From NCBI GenBank assembly GCA_016874975.1, contig VGSQ01000001.1, positions 3,474-67,473 on the forward strand: a stretch of 64,000 bases of DNA, read 5' to 3'. This DNA comes from Deltaproteobacteria bacterium. Its GTDB lineage: Bacteria; Desulfobacterota; Desulfobaccia; Desulfobaccales; 0-14-0-80-60-11. How positions within the stretch are numbered: position 1 is the first letter of the stretch; every line of letters begins with the position of its first letter. The notes under the pieces were generated by a model. The model saw only the letters and a program-made list of their open reading frames with translations. It searched no databases and was not told where the DNA came from. The position numbers were made by a program, and so were the translations under genes. This document shows positions 1 through 9,488 of this stretch, piece by piece.

Positions 1-694
1 GGAGCTCGCCCAGGGCGAAGGCCTCCACCCGGCCGTCCACCAGGACGACGCCGCCGGTGAGGGCCAGGTCCTCAACATGCCGCAGGGCCAGGCGCACCGC
101 GGCCCATTCGCCCATGAGGCTCAAATCTTCCTCGCAGCGTTTGAGACGGCACCAGGACTCGGTGAGGGCCAGGCAGGCGGGCAGGTGCGCTGCGCCCATC
201 GGGACATAGCTGAACGCATGGGCCTGCCGGAAGCTGTTCAGGTGGTTGCGTTTGGCGTGATATTTGTTGCCGGCCAGATGGATGAGGTCCGCGGTCAGGT
301 AGACATAGTCGAAATGGTCCCGCACCGGCTCCACGGTGAGACCCGCCTGTCCCGACAGTTCGGCGGCCAGGCGGGCGTCGGCCCGTTCCAGGCGCGGTGC
401 GGGCTCGCCCTTTTCTTCCCTTAACCAGGTCAGCAGACGGCGGGCCGCGTCCGCCCGGGGTCCCGGCCCCACGGGCGGGTAGCCCCAGGCGCCGGACGGG
501 CCGGCCCCCGCCACCAGGAGGCAATCCCCGTCCAGGCACCAGACAAAATGATAATGGTCCTTCCAGATGAAGAGGTTGGTGAAGGTGAGTTCGGAGGTAT
601 CCGGCTGATAGTCCCACAGTAGAGGCTGGATGACCTGCCGGTCCTCCAGGGCCAGGGGCTTAAAGTCCGGGAACCGGGGCAGGCCGCGGCTCAT
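1..694 (-). CDS. DUF2156 (phosphatidylglycerol lysyltransferase C-terminal-like) domain protein, partial (3' end beyond window)
   Basis: Own translation of minus strand from ATG 692-694 (ATGA overlap with trpA stop): MSRGLPRFPDFKPLALEDRQVIQPLLWDYQPDTSELTFTNLFIWKDHYHF...DYVYLTADLIHLAGNKYHAKRNHLNSF. The frame stays open to base 1. It is absent from the ORF track because the window edge truncates it. Track ORFs 72-617(-) and 77-424(+) are other frames with Gly/Arg/Pro-rich junk. Confidence 0.7.
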   Translation of the reverse strand, partial: MSRGLPRFPDFKPLALEDRQVIQPLLWDYQPDTSELTFTNLFIWKDHYHFVWCLDGDCLLVAGAGPSGAWGYPPVGPGPRADAARRLLTWLREEKGEPAPRLERADARLAAELSGQAGLTVEPVRDHFDYVYLTADLIHLAGNKYHAKRNHLNSFRQAHAFSYVPMGAAHLPACLALTESWCRLKRCEEDLSLMGEWAAVRLALRHVEDLALTGGVVLVDGRVEAFALGEL

Positions 695-1527
695 GCCTTG
701 GGCCTTAAGGGAGCCTTCAGGGCCGCCACAAAATCGCCCACCTCTCTGACGAGCTCCTCCCCCGCCGACCGGGCGATGCGCTGGACAATGGCGCTGCCCA
801 CCACCACGCCGTCCACGTAGGGGGCCAGTTGGGCCACCTGCTCGGGCTCGCTGATGCCGAAGCCCACGGCCACGGGGCAGGTGACCAGGGAGCGCAGGTC
901 GCGCAGCTCCTGGAGCAACTCCGGGGGCAGCTCCCGCCGGGCGCCGGTGATGCCCGTCACCGAGACGTAATAGAGGAAGCCCCGGGTAAGGCGCCCCAGC
1001 ATCTTGAGACGGGCCGGACCGCTGGTGGGCGCGGCCAGAAACACGGGCGCCAGACCCGCGGCCTGGGCTTCCCGGCGCCAGTCCGCGGCCTCTTCGGGGG
1101 GCAGGTCCGGGATGATGAAGCCGTCCACCCCTTGCGCCGCCGCGTCCCGGGCCGCGGCGGGCAGCCCGTACTTAAGGATGGGGTTGTAATAGCCCATGAG
1201 GATGAGGGGGATGTCGGTTTCGGTGCGAATCTTGCCGGCCAGCTCCAGCACCTCCGGGAAGTGAGTCCCGCCGGCGATGGCCCGGTTGCTGGCCGCCTGG
1301 ATGGTGGGGCCGTCGGCCAGGGGGTCCGAAAAGGGAATCCCCAGCTCCAGCAGGTCCGCGCCCCGGGCGGCCATGGCCAGGGCCAGCCGCCGGGTGGTCT
1401 CGCGGTCGGGGTCGCCGGCCGTGATGAAGGGGATGAGGGCCCGCTCCCCCCGCTGCCGCAACCGGCGAAAGACTGTGTCAATACGCGTCAAGGTGTGCCT
1501 CCTTGAGGTTGTGGGAGAGGGGGCCAA
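691..1527 (-). CDS. trpA: tryptophan synthase alpha chain
   Basis: 278-aa ORF with 'ALIPFITAGDPD', 'ELGIPFSDPLADGPTIQ' and 'VAVGFGIS' motifs; lies downstream of trpB. Confidence 0.96.
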   Translation of the reverse strand: MAPSPTTSRRHTLTRIDTVFRRLRQRGERALIPFITAGDPDRETTRRLALAMAARGADLLELGIPFSDPLADGPTIQAASNRAIAGGTHFPEVLELAGKIRTETDIPLILMGYYNPILKYGLPAAARDAAAQGVDGFIIPDLPPEEAADWRREAQAAGLAPVFLAAPTSGPARLKMLGRLTRGFLYYVSVTGITGARRELPPELLQELRDLRSLVTCPVAVGFGISEPEQVAQLAPYVDGVVVGSAIVQRIARSAGEELVREVGDFVAALKAPLRPKA

Positions 1528-1540
1528 GGGTCACAGACCC

Positions 1541-1670
1541 TTGCCCCCTCCCCCACACCCCCTCCCCCAATCCCTTAAGGGGTTAAGGTTTGGGGAGGCG
1601 GGGCGCCTGCCCTGCCTTCCCTGCCCCCTCATAAAGGGGGTTGGGAGGGGGGTGTGGGGGGAGGGCGGGG
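1541..1670. repeat. G-run/C-run palindromic intergenic element, copy A
   Basis: CCCCCTCCCCCACACCCCCTCCCCC (1544-1568) and GGGAGGGGGGTGTGGGGGGAGGG (1643-1665) are near-perfect reverse complements about 74 nt apart. The C-rich core recurs at 4686-4709 and 54517-54539. Confidence 0.8.
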
Positions 1671-1705
1671 GAGCCACTGCTCCCCCGGCCCTCTCCTCCA
1701 CAAAT

Positions 1706-2890
<1,185 letters not shown>

Positions 2891-3100
2891 GGGACCTCCT
2901 GGGGATGAATTTGATGGAGGACCGGGGGAGAACCTGCTCCCCCGCTCTCTTCCCCCTTCCCGGCCCGCTGTACTGGTTGCAGATGGGAGGGGAGGTAAGA
3001 ATGTAGGGTTTGGGTTCAGGCTTTCCAGCCTGAGCCATTTTAAAACGCGTCCTGGAAGCCTGCGGTGATCCCGCCGGATGACCGGCTCCCGGCTCCAGGC

Positions 3101-3235
3101 CTATTTCACTTTTTGGGTCACCACATCGCCGAAGAGTTCCTCGGCAAAGACCTGGCTGTCCAGCATACCCCGAAGGCCCCTCAGGTCTTTCTCCGCCAAC
3201 GAAAGCATTGTGCGGGCGTGGTCAAGCTCGTTCAT
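3101..3235 (-). pseudogene. HEPN-domain toxin remnant (44 codons, ends at in-frame TAG)
   Basis: Own translation: MNELDHARTMLSLAEKDLRGLRGMLDSQVFAEELFGDVVTQKVK*. The start overlaps the MNT stop by 14 nt, as in MNT-HEPN pairs. It is too short for a HEPN domain (usually >100 aa) and has no RX4-6H motif before the stop. Below the ORF-track length cutoff. Confidence 0.4.
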
Positions 3236-3557
3236 AGACCACCTTTCCTTCCCGCAAGGCCCGGGCGATGACGTGGTTGATGGTGTCGCGCCACTGGTCC
3301 ACTTCTTCGGGGGTGACCATCAGGATATCCTGAGACACGGGAAAATGGGCCAACAGCCGCCAGAGCCTGGCCATCTGCTTCCTCCGGGAGGCCTGGGGCG
3401 TGAAAGGGTGGTCCTGGACTATGAGGAAATCCAGGTCCGAGGCGGGACCGGCCTCACCTTTGGCGTAAGAGCCGAAGAGGATGACCCGTTGGGGGTCCAC
3501 CGCCGCCACCATGATGGCGGTCATTTCCTGGACCAGATCCTCAATGGTTGGGTCCAT
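3222..3557 (-). CDS. minimal nucleotidyltransferase (MNT-type antitoxin-like)
   Basis: 111 aa; 'ILFGSYAKGEAGPASDLDFLIV' matches the GS...DxD nucleotidyltransferase motif. Confidence 0.85.
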   Translation of the reverse strand: MDPTIEDLVQEMTAIMVAAVDPQRVILFGSYAKGEAGPASDLDFLIVQDHPFTPQASRRKQMARLWRLLAHFPVSQDILMVTPEEVDQWRDTINHVIARALREGKVVYERA

Positions 3558-3582
3558 AACGATTCCAGTCGACTCAACCTGT

Positions 3583-4209
3583 CTAAATATCTTTCAATTC
3601 TCTACACGCCTGGAAAAACCTTCTGAGTTTTTCATGGTCCTTTTTCCCCGGCGCGGCCTCCACCCCGCTGGCCACGTCCACGGCTGCGGGCCGGACGGTC
3701 TCGATAGCCCGGGCCACGTTGTTAGGAGTGAGGCCGCCGGCCAGGATGATGGGTCCATAGTCTCGCGCCTGGCGGGCCAGGTCCCAGTCAAAGGTTTCGC
3801 CGGTGCCGCCCGGGGTGTCGGCTTTGTACGAGTCCAGGAGCACGGCCTGGACCGCGTCCCGGTAATCGGGCAAGGTGAGCAGAGTTTTCGGGCCCCGGAT
3901 GCGCAGGCCTTTGATGACCCGGCGTTCCAAGGCGCGGCAATAGTCCGGGGATTCGGCGCCGTGGAGTTGCAGCCAGTCCAGGCCGGCAATAGCCGCAACT
4001 TCCCGCACCGCGCCCGGGTCCTCGTCCACGAACACTCCCACGGTGAGCACCAGGGGCGGCAGCTGGCGGATGATGTTCCTGGCCTCGGTGGGCTTTATGT
4101 ACCGGCGGCTTTTGGGATAAAAGATGAACCCCAGGGCATGGGCCCCCAGCTCCGCGGCCAGCAGGGCGTCGTTAAGGTTGGTGATGCCGCAGATTTTGAC
4201 CCGGACCAT
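3583..4209 (-). CDS. trpF: phosphoribosylanthranilate isomerase
   Basis: 208 aa; 'MVRVKICGITN', 'ALGFIFYPKSRRYI', 'LAGGLTPNNV'. Confidence 0.95.
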   Translation of the reverse strand: MVRVKICGITNLNDALLAAELGAHALGFIFYPKSRRYIKPTEARNIIRQLPPLVLTVGVFVDEDPGAVREVAAIAGLDWLQLHGAESPDYCRALERRVIKGLRIRGPKTLLTLPDYRDAVQAVLLDSYKADTPGGTGETFDWDLARQARDYGPIILAGGLTPNNVARAIETVRPAAVDVASGVEAAPGKKDHEKLRRFFQACRELKDI

Positions 4210-4226
4210 GGGGGCACCTGAATGGG

Positions 4227-4250
4227 GGTTTTAGGTTTTAGGTTTTAGGT
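4227..4250. repeat. heptamer tandem array (GGTTTTA)x3
   Basis: ggtttta ggtttta ggtttta ggt, read directly. Inverted relative to the array at 4885-4915. Confidence 0.9.
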
Positions 4251-4390
4251 CAGAACTGTCCGGCGCGATTTTTCCTCACAAGACATCTCTTATAAGGATA
4301 TTGCCTTCCAGCCTTGATGTTTCAGCCCTGAGAGAAAAGGAGGCGAATATCAAAAAGGCCTCCGGACATGGAAGAGCCTGCATTTCAGGC

Positions 4391-4725
4391 TCCCTCCCCC
4401 TTGATGGGCATTGGCGCTAACTTAAGAAAAAACCAGTTTACATCATAACATACCGATTTTACTTAAAATCCCCCTAAATCACCCTTTTCCAAAGGGGGAC
4501 TTCGGGTCACCGACTGCTCATTCCCCCCTTTGGCAAAGGGGGGGTAAGGGGGGATTTATCTTGACTGTTCAACAGGTTACCCTTGGGATGCCCACTGCTT
4601 GCTTAAGTTAGCGCCAATGCCCTTGATGGGGGAGGGCTGGGGTGGGGGTGGCGATATTGGTAATGACGAGGACATGCCTCATTCGCCCCCCTCCCCCCAA
4701 CCCCCTCCCACCGTGGGGAGGGGGC
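4391..4725. repeat. G-run/C-run hairpin element, copy B (interrupted by insertion 4409-4619)
   Basis: With 4409-4619 (plus one duplicated CCCTTGATGGG) removed, it reads tccctcccccttgatgggggagggctggggtgggggtg...cccccctccccccaaccccctcccaccgtggggaggggg. Both flanks are nearly identical to copy C at 54442-54555. Terminal 9-bp hairpins: CCCTCCCCC/GGGGGAGGG and CCCCCTCCC/GGGAGGGGG. Confidence 0.85.
4409..4619. mobile_element. MITE-like non-autonomous insertion (211 bp)
   Basis: Perfect 18-bp terminal inverted repeats CATTGGCGCTAACTTAAG (4409-4426) / CTTAAGTTAGCGCCAATG (4602-4619). Flanking direct duplication CCCTTGATGGG (4398-4408 and 4620-4630). Copy C at 54448-54458 is the empty site. No ORF inside. 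Confidence 0.75.
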
Positions 4726-4884
4726 TTAAACACCGCGTTGATGCAAGATCCTTACCGGACAGCACTGGACCCGGACAGGAATTATGGTCCGCAGTGCACC
4801 TCCTGCAACTGGTCCGAGGCATGAACTTCGGAACGAGAAAAACGGGGGCCACACCGGTTTTCAGGAGGTTTGCGGAGCAATTAT

Positions 4885-4915
4885 CCCAGAACCCAGAACC
4901 CAGAACCCAGAACCC
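4885..4915. repeat. heptamer tandem array (CCCAGAA)x4
   Basis: cccagaa x4 followed by ccc, read directly. A related degenerate tract lies at 38020-38061. Confidence 0.9.
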
Positions 4916-5070
4916 TGGCACCTGACACTATACCAGAGGCGGGCTTTGCGTGGTATACTGTTTATGCCGGCGGGGTGGATTAGACCAGGGAGGACCCCGC
5001 CTGATTGTCAGCTCCCGCCGGTTGATGCCCCTTTTTTGCAGATTTTTTTTGACTGAACGGAGAAGAACAT

Positions 5071-5538
5071 ATGCAGATCACTTCCGGCGCCTTCGCCGAC
5101 GGGGGCACCATCCCCCAGGCCCACGCCATGCCCGGAGCCGGAGGCGCCAATGTCTCCGTGCCCCTGAGCTGGACCGCCCCGCCGCCGGGGACCCGGTCCC
5201 TGGCCCTGTCCATGGTGGACCCCCACCCGGTGGCCCGGAACTGGGTCCACTGGCTGGTCATCAACCTGCCGCCGGAGGCCGCCGCCCTGGCCGAGGGGGC
5301 TTCGGGCAAGCAGATGCCCGCCGGCGCCCGGGAGCTGAAGAATTCCTGGGGCAAACCGGGCTACGGCGGACCCCAACCGCCCCCGGGCACGGGCATCCAC
5401 CCATATGTCATCACGGTGTACGCCCTGAACGTGGAGCATCTCGACCTGAAGGGGGACGCGGGCCTGGCGGGCTTCGAGCAGGCCCTGCAGAACAAGATCC
5501 TGGCGTCGGCCACCATTACGGGGTATTACGGCGCCTAA
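5071..5538 (+). CDS. YbhB/YbcL family Raf-kinase-inhibitor-like (PEBP) protein
   Basis: 155 aa; 'DPHPVARNWVHWLVINLP' and 'GPQPPPGTGIHPYVITVYAL' are typical bacterial PEBP motifs. RBS ggagaag lies upstream. Confidence 0.88.
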   Translation: MQITSGAFADGGTIPQAHAMPGAGGANVSVPLSWTAPPPGTRSLALSMVDPHPVARNWVHWLVINLPPEAAALAEGASGKQMPAGARELKNSWGKPGYGGPQPPPGTGIHPYVITVYALNVEHLDLKGDAGLAGFEQALQNKILASATITGYYGA

Positions 5539-5601
5539 GGGGCCCCCTGCCCTTTCCGTCGCGGTCCAGAGGCCGGCCCCTCCGGCCACAGGGAGTCATG
5601 C

Positions 5602-5988
5602 ATGGCGCTCATACGCTCAGTCCGTCCAGGCAAAGCAGCCCTGTGCCTGGCCCTGCTCCTCGTCTTTCCCGGCCTTTTGTTCGGGCAGGTCACCCCTTCC
5701 CCGGGCAAGGCCGTGCTCCTGGAGTTCAGCCGGCCGGGCTGTCCCATCTGCGCCCGTATGGAAAAGGTGCTTCAGGATGTGGCGGCCCGTTATCCGGACC
5801 GCCTGGAAGTGCGCCTGGTGGTCCGTGAGCACCATGAGCACCTCTTCAAAGAATATCGTGTGGTCTTCGTTCCCACCCTCATCGTGCTGGACGCCGCCGG
5901 CAAAGAGCTGTTCCGCCGGGAGACCCCCATCAGCCGCGTCGAATTGTTGCAAAAGCTCAGGGTTCTAGGCCTGATTCCCCGGGAATAG
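5602..5988 (+). CDS. secreted thioredoxin-fold protein (CxxC)
   Basis: 128 aa; N-terminal signal-like hydrophobic segment, 'GCPICARM' CxxC motif, 'VPTLIVLD' thioredoxin-like strand. Confidence 0.7.
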   Translation: MALIRSVRPGKAALCLALLLVFPGLLFGQVTPSPGKAVLLEFSRPGCPICARMEKVLQDVAARYPDRLEVRLVVREHHEHLFKEYRVVFVPTLIVLDAAGKELFRRETPISRVELLQKLRVLGLIPRE

Positions 5989-6063
5989 GCGATGGCTCGC
6001 CCAAGGCGGCAGTGCCAGTGCCGGCGCCGCCGCGGACCCTCTTGGGAGAAATAGGAACAGGTT

Positions 6064-7698
6064 ATGCGGGCATTACTGATAAGTCCTGAATATCCACTAT
6101 CTTTTTGGAGTTTCCGTAAAGCCCTCCGCCTCGGCGGCTATAAAGTGGTCAACCCTCCCCTGGGGCTGCTGACCATCGCCGCCTTGCTGCCGGCAGCCTG
6201 GGAACTGCGTCTGGCCGACCTCAGCGCCAGACCGTTGCAGGAAGATGACTGGCAATGGGCCGACCTGGTCATGATTTCGGCCTTTCACATTCAAAAGGCC
6301 GGCTTCCTGGACCTGGTCAAGGAGGCCAAGTCCCGGGGGAAAACCGTGGTCGCCGGCGGACCCTTCCCCACCCTGTTTCCGGAGCAAGCCCTGGAGGCGG
6401 GGGTGGATTTCGTGGTGCGGGGCGAAGGAGAGAACACCGTCCCCTTGTTCCTGGAGGCTTTGCGGGAAGGAAGGGCGGGGGTGATCGAAATAGAGGAAAG
6501 GCCGGACCTGACCGCCTCGCCCATCCCGCGGTTCGATCTGCTGCGCATGGAGGATTACCGCACCATTACGATCCAGACTTGCCGGGGGTGTCCCTTTAAC
6601 TGTGAGTTCTGTGATGTGGAGCGCCTCTTCGGACGCAAGCCCCGCTATAAAACGCCGCAGCAGGTCGTCGGGGAACTCGACGCCCTCTACCGGCTGGGTC
6701 GGCGGGGGTCCATCTTCATCTGCGACGACAACTTCATCGCCAACCGGCAGCGCGCCCGGGCCATCCTCCAGGAACTCACCCCCTGGTTGCGGGACCGGGG
6801 CCACCCCTTTAGTTTCTTGACCCAGTCGTCCATAAATCTCGGGCAGGATAAGGAATTGATGGACCTCATGGTGAGGGCCCGGTTTGAAAGGGTCTTCGCG
6901 GGGATCGAGTCTCCGGATGAGAAGATATTGGAATCACAACGCAAATATCACAACATCCGACACCCCCTGGTGGAATCCATCCATAATCTCAGACGGAACG
7001 GCATCGAGGTGATCGGCAGTTTCATCCTGGGTTTTGACGGGGAAAGGAAGGGCGCGGGGCGGCGGATCTGCGCCTTCACCGAGGAGAACGCCCTGCCCAT
7101 GGTGATGGTCAACGCCCTCCAGGCCCCGCCGCACACCGCCCTGTGGGATCGGTTGGCCGGGGAAGGGAGGCTGCGGGAAGGGGTGGAGTTTATCGCCGAG
7201 GCGTTCATCTCAGCCTTCAACTTTGAGCCGGACCGCCCGGAGGCGGAGATCCTGGAGGAATATGCCCAGGCCTGGGACTATCTCTACCAACCCTCCCGCT
7301 ATCTGGCCCGGGTTTACCGCTACTATCTGGACATGCCGCCCGTCCTCCCGGAGGTGCGGCAGGCCGCACTGTCTTCTCCGCCTCCGCCGGGCGCTGCCGC
7401 GCCGGAAAGCGCCGGGCGGGGGAAACTCGCAGACCTCAAGGCTCTGGGCAAAATCCTCTGGTGGCTGGGGGTCCGGGGGCCGGCCCGGCGTCAGTTCTGG
7501 ATTCAGCTCCTGGGCCTGTGGCGGCGGAATCCCACCCGACTCCGCATGTATCTCAGGTCCTGCCTCCGGGTGTGGGACCTGTCCGACATGAGACTGCTGG
7601 TCCGGGACAAGGTGGCGGCCCTCCTCCAGGATCAGCAGACCCCACAGCAGCGCCCTGCGCCTGCGGCCTCCTGCCGGACCGAAGGGGCCCCCCTTTGA
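6064..7698 (+). CDS. B12-binding radical SAM protein with C-terminal DUF4070-like extension
   Basis: 544 aa; N-terminal B12-binding-like region, 'CRGCPFNCEFC' CxxxCxxC radical-SAM cluster motif, long C-terminal extension. Confidence 0.88.
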   Translation: MRALLISPEYPLSFWSFRKALRLGGYKVVNPPLGLLTIAALLPAAWELRLADLSARPLQEDDWQWADLVMISAFHIQKAGFLDLVKEAKSRGKTVVAGGPFPTLFPEQALEAGVDFVVRGEGENTVPLFLEALREGRAGVIEIEERPDLTASPIPRFDLLRMEDYRTITIQTCRGCPFNCEFCDVERLFGRKPRYKTPQQVVGELDALYRLGRRGSIFICDDNFIANRQRARAILQELTPWLRDRGHPFSFLTQSSINLGQDKELMDLMVRARFERVFAGIESPDEKILESQRKYHNIRHPLVESIHNLRRNGIEVIGSFILGFDGERKGAGRRICAFTEENALPMVMVNALQAPPHTALWDRLAGEGRLREGVEFIAEAFISAFNFEPDRPEAEILEEYAQAWDYLYQPSRYLARVYRYYLDMPPVLPEVRQAALSSPPPPGAAAPESAGRGKLADLKALGKILWWLGVRGPARRQFWIQLLGLWRRNPTRLRMYLRSCLRVWDLSDMRLLVRDKVAALLQDQQTPQQRPAPAASCRTEGAPL

Positions 7699-7804
7699 AG
7701 GATGTCCCCGGCAGCGTGAGGCGGGAACAGGGAGGCGCGGGGTTTGCGCCCCCGGCCCGCCCGGGTAACCGGGCAAACTCGGAGGAGCAAAGGGAACCAT
7801 CAGC

Positions 7805-9016
7805 GTGGAGTCCATGAACCACCCTCCTCCCCGAAGTTACTTTTTATGGTGCGCCGCCTTTTTCTCCACCCTTCTCCTGGGTCTTTACCTTTTCTATATC
7901 CTGATCATGTGGGGGCCGGCCCTGATGGGCGGCTCGGCTTATCCCGTTGATCCCCGGGGTGAACCGGTGGGAGTGGACTTCGCCAATTTTTACCTGGCTT
8001 CCCGCCTGGCCCTTTCCGGAGAACCGGCGGCCGTCTATGATCGGGCCCGCTTTGATTCGTACCGCACCTCGTTTTTCCCTCTCCAGGACCGCGAGGTTTT
8101 TCCCTGGGTTTACCCCCCGTTGTTCCTCCTGCTGATGCTGCCTCTCGCCCTGCTGCCGTATCTGGCGGCACTGGGGGTTTGGCAGGCGGTTTCCCTGGGG
8201 CTGTTTCTCGGGACGCTGCGGCGCCTGGCCCCCCACCCTTTCACCCTGCTGCTGGCCTTGGGGTTTCCGGCCACCTTTATCAATTTCTTCACGGCCCAGA
8301 ACGGTTTTATCACGGTCTTCCTGATGGGAGGAGGGTTGCTCCTGCTGGGAAGTCGCCCCTTCCTGGGCGGGTTGCTCCTGGGGATGCTCGTCTATAAGCC
8401 GCATCTGGGAGTCCTGGTGCCCGTCGCTCTTCTGGCGGGGCGTGGGTGGCGGGCCCTACTGGGGGCCGGAGCCTCGGCCGCGGCTCTTGCGCTGGCCAGC
8501 CTGGTGGTTCTGGGGGCAGAAACCTGGCAAGCCTACCTGTCCAGTATTCCCTCTTCCGTCAACCTCCTGGACAGCAGTTCCTTGCCCTGGAAGCTCATGC
8601 CTTCAGTGTTCGCGGCCGCCCGGGTCGCGGGCGCCGACCCTGCCCTGGCTCGGCTCCTGCACGGCGCGGTCATGGCGGGGGTGGCCGCGGCGGTAGTCTG
8701 GACCTGGAGCAGGCGCAGCTCTCCTTACCTCCGCCACAGCGCCTTCGTGCTGGCGAGCCTCCTGTTCACCCCCTACCTGTTCTTCTACGATTATGTGTGC
8801 CTGGCGTTACCCCTGGCCTGGCTGGGCTGGGAGGGATGTCAACGCGGATTTGGCCGGGGGGAAAAGGCGCTGCTGGCGATCGCCTGGCTGTCTCCCCTCT
8901 CTATGATGCCCTTCCAGGGGGTGAAACTTCCAGGTCTTATCTGTCCCCTGGTCCTGTCGGCGCTGCTGGTGTTGACGCTCCTAAAGTCGCGCCGGGAAGC
9001 GCCGGACCCGGGATGA
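7805..9016 (+). CDS. polytopic GT-C glycosyltransferase, GT87/DUF2029-like
   Basis: 403 aa, about 10 hydrophobic segments; 'GVDFANFYLASRLALSGEPAAVYD' resembles the DUF2029 N-terminal loop. Start is GTG 7805 or ATG 7814. Confidence 0.65.
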   Translation: MESMNHPPPRSYFLWCAAFFSTLLLGLYLFYILIMWGPALMGGSAYPVDPRGEPVGVDFANFYLASRLALSGEPAAVYDRARFDSYRTSFFPLQDREVFPWVYPPLFLLLMLPLALLPYLAALGVWQAVSLGLFLGTLRRLAPHPFTLLLALGFPATFINFFTAQNGFITVFLMGGGLLLLGSRPFLGGLLLGMLVYKPHLGVLVPVALLAGRGWRALLGAGASAAALALASLVVLGAETWQAYLSSIPSSVNLLDSSSLPWKLMPSVFAAARVAGADPALARLLHGAVMAGVAAAVVWTWSRRSSPYLRHSAFVLASLLFTPYLFFYDYVCLALPLAWLGWEGCQRGFGRGEKALLAIAWLSPLSMMPFQGVKLPGLICPLVLSALLVLTLLKSRREAPDPG

Positions 9017-9154
9017 TTTGCATGGCCCCCAGCCTTATGCAGCAGCTTTCTGCGGGCAGCTTTCCGCTTCCAGATAAAGAAGAGATGGGGCGGGCGCTGA
9101 CCGCCTGCGCCGGCACAGGCTGGAAAGCCTGCGCCGGCGTTTGACTGCCGCCAC

Positions 9155-9425
9155 CCTTTGGCAATGGTGCGCGCTGCGCACCCTGCGGAACTTGGGTCCT
9201 CCATAGGTCATAGGGCGTGCCGTGCACGCCGAGGTCGGCGGCCGCGGCCCGCCCTATGAGCTGTGCCTGCACACCCGGGGGCGGGTGTCCTACATAAACG
9301 TTCAAGACAGTCCCCCAGGGGCCGCCGGCCCACCCGTAACACATGAAAATCCTTGCCGATCATGCCGGCTTTGCGTGAATCTAGTTTCTCGCAAAGGCGC
9401 AAAGGGCGCAAAGAGAAGCTGACTG
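9155..9425. repeat. mosaic of short intergenic repeat modules
   Basis: ggcaatggtgcgcgctgcgcaccctgcgg (compare 25298-25328). 9301-9352 is the reverse complement of 31676-31730 with a few changes. (CGCAAAG)x3-like tract at 9392-9415. Confidence 0.7.
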
Positions 9426-9488
9426 ACTTTTCAAGAACAGGGGCTTGGGAACGAGGGTGGGGTGCGCCCCTAAAGTTTTTCAGGTGTT

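Noticed and set aside
72-617. Track ORFs 72-617(-) and 77-424(+) at the window start
   Set aside because: A third frame on the minus strand gives a clean DUF2156-like sequence that starts at an ATGA overlap with trpA and is open to base 1. The two track ORFs are Gly/Arg/Pro-rich alternatives.
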